Below are positions 49,880 through 63,006 of a DNA stretch of 64,000 bases, in pieces. How positions within the stretch are numbered: position 1 is the first letter of the stretch; each line of letters begins with the position of its first letter. The stretch covers positions 61,752,001-61,816,000 of the forward strand of contig CM060732.1 in assembly GCA_030704615.1 (NCBI GenBank), read 5' to 3'. Under the pieces are notes generated by a model. That model ran no database searches. It was not told where the DNA came from and saw only the letters and a program-made list of their open reading frames with translations. The position numbers were made by a program, and so were the translations under genes. This stretch comes from Takakia lepidozioides. Taxonomy: Eukaryota > Plantae > Bryophyta.

Positions 49880-50703
49880 ATTGTATTTTACGCGTCGGGC
49901 ACACGAGTGGAGGTGGCTCCGAAATCAAAATGTAGGAGAAGGGGGGTAAGAGCCACACGTTCCACTTGTGGAAGAGGTCGCTCCGAAAACAAAATGTAAG
50001 AAAATGGGTCACGAGCCTCACGTTGCAAAGGTCGCTATGAAAAGGAAAGGTAGGAGAAAGGGATAGGTGCACCGTTTACGACATCTTCCAACCACCCTAC
50101 TCTTTGGAACATGGGAAAGTGAGCTCTTGAACAATGGTCCGTAAATTTTTGATAACCACATGAGTAGTAGTGCTCTAGAGGGACAACGTTGCCTGAGTGT
50201 ATTATTGTGGTGAAATGTGACTACCTTCCTGAAGGTTATTACTAGTAATCTAGTAACTTCAACTTAGAGTTTCAAGGTTTTAGGTATCACAAAATTGTAG
50301 TCAATATCCCCACCTTCTTGTGGTTACTAGAAGAAAATCCTTGGAAATATTTGTTAAAATTCATAGTTCAAAGTTAAGAATTGCAATAGTTCTAAAGGGA
50401 AGGGAACTACTCATAAAATAATTTCTTGAATTTTATTGCTTCTATTCTAGATTTGGTATGTATAACTATAGGAGATGGTTTTACCTATACTCGTCAGTCG
50501 AGCCTATACAAGATACTTAATCTATTATTATTGGAACTTCCCTACACTTGATAGTCATCTATACTCATTGAAGAGAAGTATTTTCCATAAACTTCCCGTT
50601 CCTGAATAACAAGATGTTATTATGCACATTCATATCTGCAAAAATAGCTATATTCTTATTTACTAAACTATCTTCGTTCTCTCATGTCTTCTTAATATGG
50701 CTT

Positions 50704-50990
50704 CACTACAATAAATTACGATATTTACGACTGCAAGAATGATTGCCCCTAAGTTATAAAATGTATAAATGTTACGTGACTCCATAGTCATGCAAGCCCA
50801 TTTCAGTAAAATGACTCTAGATGCTATAGTAATTTGTGGTCAAGAAAATGGTAGTCATATGAACCATATCATATCCAATACTCTTCATGAGTGTAGTCAT
50901 ACGTTTGTCTAGACTACATGACTTTATTGTGCATGGTTTGTCATGGTTTTAGTCATGGTTAACTAAAACTACCAACTTCTAGTTAACTAT
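50704..50990 (+). mobile_element. Possible CACTA left end with AGTCAT/ATGACT subterminal repeats
   Basis: CACTACAATAAA terminus; no matching right end found. Confidence 0.4.
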
Positions 50991-52619
50991 GATATTTTGG
51001 ATATTGATATTTGTATTTTGTCTGTTGGGACTTCATTTGGTCTCATATGCCAAGTGAGGTGTCAAGCCCCACTTGGGACATGTGGATAGGGTTTTCTCTT
51101 GTGAGGGTTGAGGATGACTCATCTTCTTGTAGTTGAGCCTCCATGAGCCTCTCTCACCTCCATAGCTCTAGGTATTGAGAGGAAGTGTGTTGAGGGCTTT
51201 GTAGGCTGGATTTCATTTGGAAGGACTAGGGCGTGTTCTTAGTGTGATTGCTTCATGCTTAGAGAGTTTTCATTGTCTTCAATTTCTCTCATTTCTCATT
51301 TCTTATCACTACAAGAAGATCTTCTTATTCTAGCTCTCAACCTCTTCAACATATAAGTGCAAAATTAATCATTACACTTCGCGCTCACAAGAAGAATCGA
51401 CCTCTTGCATCACAAGGCTTGCAAGGTGTTGTAAGGAAATGTGTGTAGCAGGTGTTGCATGCACTAAGGAGTTGGAGAGCTAGGGAAGAAAGCTCGTAAG
51501 TCAAGAGTTTGCAAGGATTGCAAGGAAGAAGTCTTGTGTATGTTGAAGCATGGATTCTCATAATCATTTCTATGCATTATGGAGTCCATGGTGTATGCCA
51601 TGGCATGTGGGGAATGACTAAATGATTGTTGGTGCTCACTTCACTAGCAATCTAGGGTTAAACAAGCTTAAGTGTGGTGGAAGAGAAGCCAATGAGCTAC
51701 ATTGGCTTGGGCTTGAAGACAACAAGGGCAAGCACTTGGAAAGCACTAGGAAGCTCAAGGGGTTTTGAAAGGGAGCATGTGAAGAAATCTTCTAATCATG
51801 GTGGTGTGGAGCCAAACTTAGGGCATTGGACTTGGGCTTGGAGAACACATTGTGGGAAATCCTTGAAAGGAGATCATCATTCAATGTATGCATAGCTCAA
51901 CCCTAACTATGTGATGTGACAAGAGAGGGAGCTCGGCTATGCTTGGATGGCGAAATTGACATCAGTGCACCTTGTGGAAATGGAATCGACAAGGACGAAC
52001 AACCCCAAAGTATTAGACTACTTTCCCTTCTCTTCCGGTAGCCGCCCTCGAAACTGCCAACACCGTCCTCCAAACTTTCATCCATTCATCCACCATCGCA
52101 AGCCCTTTCTTACCACGCCTTCAACACTTCATCCACGAACTTCGTTCTTTTGTCTCTCTCGTTCGCCGCCCGACTTGAATGAACCTTACTTTCTCTTTTC
52201 TGTTTCGTAGCTGCCCGAAACTGCCCAACGACTTTCATCCAAAACATATCATCCAAAACATATCATCCGTTTTCTCTTTTCCATTTACTTTCTCTTTTCC
52301 GTTTGGTAGCTGTCCTCGAAACTGCCCAACGTTGTTCATCCACAAAATATCATCCAATCCTCCTATTCATGCTGACTCTTCGCCGTTTCATCCACAGACA
52401 TTCGTTCGATCGTCTTTCCCGTTTTGCCCTCCGCTCGAGACCTGGAGGCCATGACAGGGTTATAAGGCCAGGGCGCACTTCGAGTTCCTCATTGTGTGCA
52501 GGTTTAGGGGGGGCAGCTACCAGAGTGAGAGACAAAGGTTGCGGATAGTCTTTTGAGAGAGTTGGAGTGGAAGAGGTTGATTGTTTCCGTTTTCTTTGCC
52601 GTTGAGTGATTAGCGTAAG

Positions 52620-52845
52620 ATGCAGATCTTTGTTAAGATCCTTAGAGGTAAGACAATTACCCTAGAGGTTGAGAGCTCCGATACGATCGATAACGCGAAG
52701 ACGAAGATCAGTACAAGGAGGGGATCTCGCCTGACCAACAAAGGTTGATTTTTGCTGGGAAGGAGTTGGAGGACGGTCGCACTCTGGCCGATTACAACAT
52801 CCATAAGGAGTCTACCTTGTATCTTGTTTTGCGCCTGGGGGTGGT
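52620..52845 (+). pseudogene. Divergent single ubiquitin unit with frameshifts, followed by an unrelated ~130-codon tail
   Basis: [73 protein letters not shown]. Confidence 0.88.
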
Positions 52846-54903
52846 GTGTCTACTCGCAAGTTTAAGATGACATTCGGAAATCCGAGTGAGCAAACGAGGT
52901 ACACTCCCCGAATAGCGAGACATCGAGCAGTCAAATTCACGGATGCGAGTGTTGTGGGAGCGGATCCATGTATACAACATCGGGGTTGAAGACCATCCTA
53001 GCAGAAGGAGATTACGTGTGTCGGGAACTTGGGGGTCGTGTTGAGAAAATGAAGATTATGGAGGCAACTGACTCCCCGGCGTCGATGTTGGTGGAAGGAT
53101 CCGGTCCTAATCCTCTTGGTGTTCTCTTAGATCGCGTGGCCCGTTTGGAGAAGAAACAGTAGAAATTGGATACAAATATTGGACTGCTTAAAGCAGAGAA
53201 CCGATTGTTCAAGTCCCTTTTTAGTGACGCCATACAATGGATCACCTGGGAATGAAGGATAGAGTCGCGTGGCTCAAGGGTCGGGCTTGGCTATTTATGC
53301 TTTTGGTAGTGTGAGCCTTGTGGTGGATTGTTGACCAAGCAAATGGTGCTGGTGTGGAGCATGCTCTCTCGGGTTTGTAAGTTCAAGTTTGAGAAGATGA
53401 GCTCTTGAACTAGTAAGAGGTGAAGGCCTTAAGATCCATTTGTGTGTGAAGTGGAGAGGTGTTGATTCATGTTATAATGAAGGAGAGCCTCACATAGGCC
53501 AAGAGGTCATGGAATATGCATTCAAATGAGAGAATGGATGAGTGCATGACCCCAAATGAGACATATGACGCTTGGAGAGTTGCTAGAATGAGGAACTTAG
53601 ATTTATTAGACTCAATGTCGGTTGCTGTCATGTTGCACAAAACAAGCACACATTATTCTCCTATACAAAGCACACTAGTCGAGCATCACAACACCAATAT
53701 GATTCCCGTTAACATGATGTTTTGAAGTTATATAACTTGCACAACAACATTATGAAATACATTACATATTCACCCAGCCTTAAGTAGGGGCTCCTTGAAT
53801 GAGTGCAATATTGCATCTGCCATCCCTGTGTCTGAAACTTTGATTTTTATTTTAACATCAGTTTTAGAACTTTCAAATTATCCTTGACATTAATCACCGT
53901 GATATGAGCAATAAGACTTCAGGCTTTTCTCTAGAGTCTTCTGTTGTTCAAATAACATCATATAAATATTGGGCCCTCCGCAAGTGGATGCAATGAGATA
54001 CTTACATCGAGTGTAAATGAATCCAAAATGAATCCACTTTCATGAATGAGCTACGTGTTCCACACAATTTCTTATCAGTGCATTATTCCACTTCACAGGT
54101 TTAACTGAATGAAGACACCAAGTAATACTACTCAAATTACTATTAAGTTATGAGGGCTTTAGAGCGTCCATTAGGCTTGAGTATCAGCAGATGAAAGGAA
54201 TCTATTCACCAATGGAAGTTTATCGCACTCAAGAATGGAGATGAGCAGCTTTAATAAAGACTCAGATCTACAGATAATTGTATTATTTATGGAGTCGCTG
54301 ATAGAAAGAGGCTTGGAGAATTGGAGTGCAATGCCACAAAGCATATTCCCTATCACGTCCTTGGTAGCAAAAGCCCGTCGCAATTCCTATACCCATCAAA
54401 ATGTCATCCGAGGAACAAGAATGTACACTTGCATTGTATACTAGTTCTTTGCATTCACTAGTTGAAATTGCATTGTACATTAGTTCTTTGCATTCACTAC
54501 TCTAATTATCCCTAATAGTGAGGGCGGGTTTATAATGCGGGTGGGTAATTAGTGAAGGTGATACTAATTCATTGTAAAATTAACGTGATATGAAGATTTT
54601 AGCCACTCAGTAAAAATTTCAGCCCTCACCAATTTTTGAAATTTTGCTAAATAGTGCGTGCTTTTGGAATTAGTGTCACATGCACTATTAGCATATTAGG
54701 GATAATCAATGTAGTTCTTGCATTTACCTACATTTGATTTTGATTATGCAAGTCGTCATGAGTTCGACATTCAAACAACAACATGGAGCTTGCCGAAACT
54801 TGAATCTGATGTGAATGAGATCCTTGGAAAGCTGATGAAGGTTAAAAGACAACAAGATTGGAACTCTACTACCTTGACGAAGGTGCAAAACTGGAACTAT
54901 ATT

Positions 54904-55302
54904 AAAGTTATCCGTTAAGTCCAGGGGATGCACGATGAGTTCGCCCAGTTTGGTCAAAGACATGGTGAACAGGGTGGAAGAGGGCCCACAAAGTACAAGC
55001 GAGATAAAGAGGGGACCAAACTCAAAATATCAGAAAAACCAGCCCAAATGTGTTTGATCCCATCTTCCTCCGCGCGGCGCCCCGCGCTGGGACACGTGGA
55101 TGAGCCTGACGCGGGGTCACGCTCCCAGCATGTTGACCCTTCCCACATTTTCAGCTGGCACACTTTGATTCTCTCTCGTGCCCAGTTTACTCGAGTCATG
55201 CCCATTTTATTGGACTTAACGGATAGGCTCAAATTGCCCACCAAAGCCGCATGTGGGGATGGATCAGAGGGTCAAAGAAGGCGGGACTTAACGGATAACT
55301 TT
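54904..55302. mobile_element. Second MITE with the same terminal motif and ATT TSD
   Basis: ATT|AAAGTTATCCGTTAAGTCC...GGACTTAACGGATAACTTT|ATT; perfect 19-bp TIR. Confidence 0.88.
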
Positions 55303-56150
55303 ATTACCTTGGGAGTTATTGTTACAGGTTTTGTTGGCAATATTGTTAAGAAAGTAACCACCAGGAGGCCTTATTAGCTTGCCCATCACTAGTTCATGAT
55401 TATGAGAATTTACAGCTAGTCCTAGAAACATGAATGGCTCAATTGTTGCCTTCTCCTACATGTAAGTGTTACCTTTTCAAGTAAAGATAATGCTATCAGG
55501 CATTGCAATTTTTTTCCCTGAAATAGCATTTTGCAATGATAAAGCCGGGGAAAATACTCCGGCAAACAAGAGATAACCATCTCACCAAACGTAAAATCAT
55601 AGTAATCCCCGTAGTAATGATTCTGCGTCGTGCTGCTACCCGCAAAGTCACCACATATGGAACAAACAACCAAGTCAATTAAAAATGATTGATATATGAT
55701 ACAAACATCAAGTAAACCACAAAGAACATAAATGAAAAAGACTGATGCAAGATAGCTCAGACATAGATAGGTCGCCACTTCTGTCAAGCTTCAAACGGTT
55801 TAACAGAGGTACTATTCTGATCTCTAAACTCTTGTTTAGGCAGAATTAACATTACGATTTTTGAAAGAAACTGTGTTTCTGATTCATTCACATGACTTGA
55901 TACGTACTGAAATTGATTGCAATAATGGGATATATAAGTAATTTGGGCACAAATTACCCTGATTACAAAGTTTACTTGTTAAATAATGCAACGTACTGAA
56001 ATTGATTGCAATATCCTCCAGAGAGATGGAATATACCTCATGAATTTCTTGAATACTATGAAGTTTTGTCTGGATTCGAGCATACTCGAGGTCTTTGTTC
56101 CAGCCGAGCTAATTTTTTGAACGTTTGACCACCTTGGCTAGTTACCTCAA

Positions 56151-56949
56151 CTATAATAAGAGCATTGGTACCATGTTCAAAAACTGGTGTAACCGCTTTT
56201 CTGTTGTCATCAAGAGGCCTGGGAACAAGGGGGTCGTTTCACCCGAAACGTTGAATCCTTGAAAAGACCGATTCATGTCCCAAACACCATCAAACTCCTC
56301 ATCTGAGACATCAAGAGACGAATCCTCAAAAGACACCTCATGTGGTGGTGCATGATATGTTTGGCGATGGCGAAATACACGCACGTAGGCAGCCATCAAT
56401 GGATGCAAAAATAAGTTTTGAGCTCTTTTGGGCCTCCTCATTGAAACAACATAGGCAGACATGAAGATGTCACTTTCGAAGTTTTTGCTCTCGGTTTCAA
56501 AGTTGGAACGACTGCTTTTGCTGGTTGATGGTGGGTTGGTAAACCTGTCATGGAGACCGTTGTCCTTTAAGAAATTCTCGATGTCATCCTTAATCTGAGA
56601 CATTGTTTCTTTACCGTGTGAACTATGAGGCAGCATGAGCTTCTCAATTCTGGCCATAGCCTTCTTCATTTTCGTTTGAAGTCGATCTCGATCATTTGCC
56701 AATGCTTGGCCAGTTGACAACAGAATCTTGACACACATATGCAGGCCCTTATGTACATCAACAACATCATGTCCATGCACAACACTGGCTCCAAAGCTTT
56801 TCCTTCTCAACGTGACCACCAGCTTTGACAACAATCTCCTTGCATAGCTGCGCAGTAGCCACCTCTAAGTACTCCCTCAGAGGCATTTCTGTAAGCAACA
56901 ATGAGACAAATGCATGATTGCCCAGTAATGGAGATATGGTAGTTTGCAC
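56151..56949 (-). pseudogene. Unidentified frameshifted ORF (~265 codons), probably TE-borne
   Basis: Overlapping ORFs 56767-56949 and 56151-56834 with protein-like composition; no family recognised. Confidence 0.35.
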
Positions 56950-57524
56950 TCAAATCCCAAGGACTAGAGGGGGGATTGATTTGGTGGCCAATGCATTGCT
57001 AGTTGAATTGGAGATAAGTTTGGTTGCATCTTAGGTTAAAGGAGATCAAAGGATTTGCTTCTGTCTCTCATGGACTTCATGGATGCTTGAGGGGGTCAAG
57101 CACAGAGCTCAAAGAAGCACAAACCCTAGCTTGGTAAGGCTAAACCTCAAGGAAATAGAGAGGGAAATGGCTAAAGCATAGGGAAAAATGGCTAAACCCA
57201 GGGGAAAATGGCTAAATGATCTTAGGGGAAAATGAATTACTCTATGAGGGGGAAATGGCTATTCCTAAGGAGAATACAAGGAGAATCCAAGGAAAATATG
57301 TATAGGCCCAGGGGAGTACTGGGGAATACCATGGCATATTTTTAGGAAACTTTGGGAACTTATTAGGAACCCATTAGGAACTTGGGAACGGATTTGGAAT
57401 ACATTAGGAACATAGTGACATATGGAGACAATATAGGGCTTTTGGAGGATTTTCAATGACTATATAGGGCAATATAGGACAATATAGGGCTTAAATTGAC
57501 AAAATAACAAAATGACTTAGTGCG

Positions 57525-57742
57525 AGAAAGCATGAATGCTTTTGAGGCTTGATGGGAGTAGTTAAATGTTTAACTTGGTAACTCGTAGAGTGGGGGGGGG
57601 TTAGAAACCAATTCTTTATCAAGTTATTCAGAGTTACTGTGATGACAAGTCAAATGGCAATAATAGCAATGAATAGAGATAAGCCTCAGTTAGCTAAAGT
57701 TATTAAGTCATAGTACCAAAATAGCAGTTGGAGATCAAGTTG
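57525..57742 (+). mobile_element. Copia 3' end plus truncated LTR, same family as 42625-42880
   Basis: GAGGCTTGATGGGAGTAGTTA...TTAGAAAyCAATTC...GTGATGACAAGTCA...AAGCCTCAGTTAGCTAAA shared between the two. Confidence 0.85.
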
Positions 57743-58707
57743 ACAGCTTCTCCAATACCTGCAAGCTCCAACTGTATTTCTTGAATTTTCTGCACATACT
57801 CAACCACATTCGTACAGTTTCCCAACTTGATCGTGGTGAGTTTATCCTTCAGCATTAATCTGGTGGCGTTGTTTGGAACCATGTAGAGATCAGCAAGCAA
57901 CCTCCAGCTTTCTTTGGGGTCATTGAAAGCAGCAATGGAAGGCATGATGTGGCCTTTCACAGACAGATTTAGAGTCGTGAGAGCCTAGACTCTCAGCTTT
58001 CGAAGTTCCTCAACTTGTTGAACATTGTTTGGATCAATGATCCTGATAGGGGTGAGGTGATCAACAATATCCCAAATATTCTCTCGAAGGAGGATGTTCT
58101 TGATCCTAAACTTCCAAGTGGAATAGTTCAGTGGCCCACTTAATTTGTTGATCTCAGAAACTGGGTCTTGACTCGTCATAACGAAGAAATGTGACAGGAA
58201 CAAAATAAAAGGATCCCACCAAAGAAACAAGAAACAAGAAGAAAAAAAAATAGAAGGAAGGTTGTGACCTTCGTGATCAGAAAAACTACAACGGAAGAAT
58301 TGAATAGCAAGAAACAAGAAAAGACAAAAGAACTTCGTGAGAAGAGAAAACTACAATGGAGCAGTTGAACCCGCTCTCCAAATGACACTCTCTAAATGAC
58401 AACGAACAATATTCCAGGAGCTAAGCTCAGTGACAACTTTCTCAAATGGTGAACATGCAATATTCTCGGAGCTCAAGCTCACGAGTCTGGACAGCCTTGC
58501 TCTGATACCATGTAGACACAAACAGTAAACTATACAAGAGCAGTCCTGAAATCGATGCTGTAGCAGCTTCATGTAAAGTATATATACACTGAGAGTGCAG
58601 GGAGAAACAACCCCCTTTGATCGATCTACCTACCTGTCCTAACTAACTACAAGGTACCTACGAAACCGTATGAAAAACGTCATGAACAGGTGCATAAAAT
58701 GTCAACA
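57743..58707 (-). mobile_element. Copia 5' part: short LTR (58511-58707), Met PBS (58499-58510), gag
   Basis: TGTTGAC...TCTACA followed by TGGTATCAGAGC. Gag motif KLSGPLNYSTWKFRIKNILLRENIWDIV. Confidence 0.85.
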
Positions 58708-59972
58708 GAAGTGCCAACAGATAACTTGGAGAGAGAAATCTTGTCAGTATTGCATACTCGAAAGAATAAGAAACTTCAGTGTTGTGCATAGTGGCTAGTC
58801 TCGGAGCCTACCAAATGGTACAATACGCCACCATTGAATGTGCTAAAAATTGGGCCCAGTAATTTTAGACCCGAGTAATGATGGTCCAGGAGAGTGATTT
58901 GCTGCCTGCTAAAGAATCATCAACAGTTCTTTTTCTTCACGTAAGATTCCCTAGCTCTAGCCCAAGGCAGCGGTCTTGTGACACATGCAAATCACTGGAA
59001 GTTGAAGGTCTAGGTGTGAGAGGGCTGGACAGAAGGGTTTAATTGCTAAGTACTCTTTTTCCATGATGGTCCAATGTGCACCCCCTGCGGGTTACCCCAA
59101 CATCTTCCTCCCCAACTAGTGTAGATGTTAAAGAAGTGCCCCTTTCAGACCTCCCAATCGCTTGCGAACTTCGTTGGCAAGCTCAATGATTTCTTGCTCG
59201 ACACAACCTGTTTCGTGCCCACATACATTTCCAGTTTTCTTTCAGGGCCAGCATATGAAGGGCAATTGAGTTGACGAGTTTGGCATGTGGACATTTTTTC
59301 AGATTTCTATTGAATGTGTCGGCTTCTCAGGAAGCACATCACGGTTAAGCTTCTAAACACTGGTAAGCGAACATTAAGTCCAGTGCAGAAAAGCACAAAT
59401 ACAAAGAACCTACAATTCTGACACATCTGCATGTTTGTAAGGCGTCAAACCTGATTGGTAAAGCCTAGAAACAAGAATAGAAGAATACTTGCCAATTTCA
59501 GAAAGAGCTCCTTCCAGCCGAAACAGGTACTCATAATTTGGCCCTGCTGGACCTACGGCCTTCTCAATTTGGCTGCCAAAAATATCTACCTCCACCTACA
59601 ACCCTTTTCATATTCTTTCATCATACCTCCTTTGGAATACTGTGGCTATAAATTCAAGTCAATGTAGCAAGTTGCAGCAATCTGGTAATGCCTAACCTGT
59701 CTTACAAGAGGCTTTGGTTTAAATGGATAAGGAATGCTCACCTGGCCATGTCCTCAAGAGGAGCAGGGCCCAAATAGTACTGATTCTTTATAGGGTTGGG
59801 AGATCCAATACACCTCTAAACCACATTTTCAAGAGCAGGTTCAGTCCTCTTGCCCTATCCCAACTGAACAGATTGAATGCTTCACAAATGTTGAAGAATA
59901 GAACACTGTGTCAGAACATCGTTGGGTGCCAGACTGATGAATACTGTTGCCTCCCAACAAATAAAGGCTGTA
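58708..59972 (-). pseudogene. Partial duplicate of GGCT2 (exons 6-8, introns, 3' flank)
   Basis: Collinear with 43980-45294. Exon copies at 59813-59742, 59572-59493 and 59207-59128; the exon-7 donor is changed GT>GC. Confidence 0.92.
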
Positions 59973-62241
59973 CGCGAGTGAGCAACCCTCCCGACTAACT
60001 GTAACGAACTGGAAGAGTTGTACTCGTAACTAAACGGGTCTAGGACACTTATGGACGACCCAATTCCATGCGCAGTAAAACATGACTCACACATGCACTT
60101 TCAGGATCCGCACAGTACAAAATGTATAACTCAATGGATGCCATAAGTATATACCACGCGGAATACCACAGGGATAGGCCAAAACTGACAGTGCTCGCAA
60201 GACAGTCCCGTTGCAAGAGAATCGCAAGTTCATTTCAGTATGGCCTTACCATCATACGTGCTATCGATGCCCTCCATGGACACAAACCCTCCTGGAGCCG
60301 GTTGAAGGATTTTACAGTCAACGACAATCTAGTGACAGACAATAGAATGTTTCAAAAACACGGGCTGATAATTTAGACATCATGTTAGAAAGCACAAAGT
60401 TGATTCCAGCTCTTGCTTCCCTAAGCTCTGACCACAGATCTGCCACTGCTTGAGGGGCACAAAGTGTGAGAGGACAGAGAAGATCGGGTGGAGGAGACCA
60501 AGAGCTCTAACCTTTGATGCGCCAATCACACAGTGAAACAGCTGGAAAAAGAGATGCATGAACTGCGATAGCTTCATATTCCAATCTGCAAGGGATTTTT
60601 CTTTTCTCTATCAAGACAACACTATATGCTCAGATAAGGCACTTCCGTTTGGAGAAGAAGAGACCAACCTTCTGCCGAGGCCAGCCCGCATGTCTCTTAT
60701 GTACATACAGCCTCAGCAGCTGCATACACTAATCCCACAAGCCCTTCAGCAGAGACAGCTAGATTCCACCTCTAGTCTATTTCATGTCCATCCACCTGCG
60801 GGCTCAACAGTACTGTCCGTCCCTCTGCTTCGTCTATCCCCCTTCTCTTTCCCCTCAAACCACAACAAATAGAGAAACCAACTCCTTCTCCGAAACTTAA
60901 ATTCATGCCTAAAGCGCAGCAGCAATCGCGATGAAGCCATCGATGGCGGCAAGGCTGGCTCTAGATATTGTATACGTGCATATTAAGATCTGGTCTTGCA
61001 AGGAGAAGGTGATGGTATTTTTCTGAGCAAGAATGACTGATTACGGAAAACTTATGGAATGCCATTGAAAACGCCAGAACAGCATAGCTCATACGTAACC
61101 AGTCCGCTGCATGGTATGACGAGGTAACACACCCCCCTTTCAGGCATATGGTTGGCTGAGAGAGATACAATGAATGTTTCCAACTCTATAAGTATTTCCC
61201 TCAGCCAACTATACGCCTCAAAGTGTGGATAACTGGAGAGATCGACACTGTAATCCTACATCTGCTGCTGCTAGAACAGTTCCGTGGGTCGTACACACTA
61301 CAGTGTTCAAGCTAAAGAGTGAGATGCAAATCTGGTTGCGTGAAAGAGTGTACGGTCACAGGTCTGAAGGAAAAGAGCACTAACAGTGCTACCTGATGAC
61401 GCATCCAAAAGCATAGCCACGGCAGCGAGAGGCAGATCCGCAGCAGCAGAACCATGGACGCCCCTCACACTTTAATGAGCAGAGATAAAGAAGCCGACTT
61501 CTGAGAACACTTTAAACGGGATAGACATGGCACCTATATGCACCATCCAAGCAAGTTCCAGCACATAGGGCAAGCTGGATCCTTCACTGTCACGACTGTG
61601 ACAGCCATCCCCCGCTGTACTGATCTAGAGGAAGGGGAGAGAAAAACCTGCACTGCGAAGTCTGCGATCGATCCGCTCCGTGGTAATGACCGGTCCCAAA
61701 CCCAGCTCCACCTCCACGCCCTCGTGTCGGCTTGCATAACCACAGAATTACACAACCATCACTCCGCACTAATGCTTTACATGAACTCAGATATGTACTT
61801 AAATAACTATCATCATCCTCGTGCTTGCCTGCCCTTGTTACGCTTATGTGTACATGCAATCCCCATTAGTGACGTGTGCTCGAGTTATATAAACAATAAA
61901 ATGGCTTGCCAACGGTAGATGTGATAAGAAACAGGACTCTGGCAGCTGCTTCCCCTAACTTAGTGGACTAGGATACCATCCCCAAAAGCTTCAATTTGAG
62001 TTTGAAACGACCTGCCTACATCGTTATGGCTCCATCTGCCTAAGCGTGATTGTTGGGTCTAATTTGGCAATGAGTAGGCAGATGTCGTAGCCCAACAGCC
62101 CTGTAACTGGTCACGCATTTACCCCTGCGATACTGTTGGAAGTACAGTACGTATCTAATAAGTCCATTCCATATTCTTGTCTCTGCCAGAGCACGGAATC
62201 GTAAGGCTTAAGCTGATGACGTTGGCTTGACTGGTTCATAC

Positions 62242-63006
62242 CAGTGTTGGACCGGTATATGGGGGCGAGGGGGGTATCAGCACTGGTAAGGGTATTGCAG
62301 CAAGATACCAGACCGGGCTGGTATAAGAAACTGGCAATACTCGGGGCAGAACATATTGGGGGAAATATAATAAAACACTAATACCTGGGCTCCTACCAGA
62401 CCAGCCTGGTATCACAAGGAACGCAGCTTTGTCGGTATCAGTACCCTGTCTTCCCGATGTCGCTTACACCCTAGGTATCAATATCTGGAGCGTTAAGGAT
62501 TTAGGGTGCAACAATGGAGAGTTGCGGTGATTGAGGCGATCTGAATGGCGATTTTGGGGGTTGTCAATATTGAGGAGCATTGTCTCATTTATTAGCCTGT
62601 AATATGGCTCTTGTAAGGTGACCTCAAATTACCTAAGGTGAGATCCGGCTCCTTGTTATTATGAATTGCGGCACTCAGCCGCTGAGGCGAGCACTTCAGC
62701 CGTTGGAGTGATCACCTCAGCCGTATAATTTGGACCAAAAAAAAAATCCAGTTTAAAAATAAATAAAAATAAAAAATAATTGTATTGATACCAATATTGA
62801 TATACCCCCAATATAAGATTTGAAATTTGAAATACTGATACCATACCATACCAGGCCAAACAAAAACAATATATATACCGGACTGGTACATTAAAAGCTT
62901 AATACCTACCTTGATACCATTACCTGCCAGGTATGAAGGAGGCCTCTTCACCGACAATACCATACCATGGCTGGTACGAAATGTTGCTGATACCGATCCA
63001 ACACTG
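62242..63006. mobile_element. Non-autonomous hAT element
   Basis: TIR CAGTGTTGGACCGGTAT / ATACCGATCCAACACTG; perfect 8-bp TSD GTTCATAC; GGTAT/ATACC subterminal repeats. Confidence 0.93.

Noticed and set aside
51308-51320. CACTA terminus CACTACAAGAA
   Set aside because: No subterminal repeats or partner end.
59969-61295. Solo LTR (TGTACG...CGTACA)
   Set aside because: No TSD, PBS, PPT or second copy to support it.
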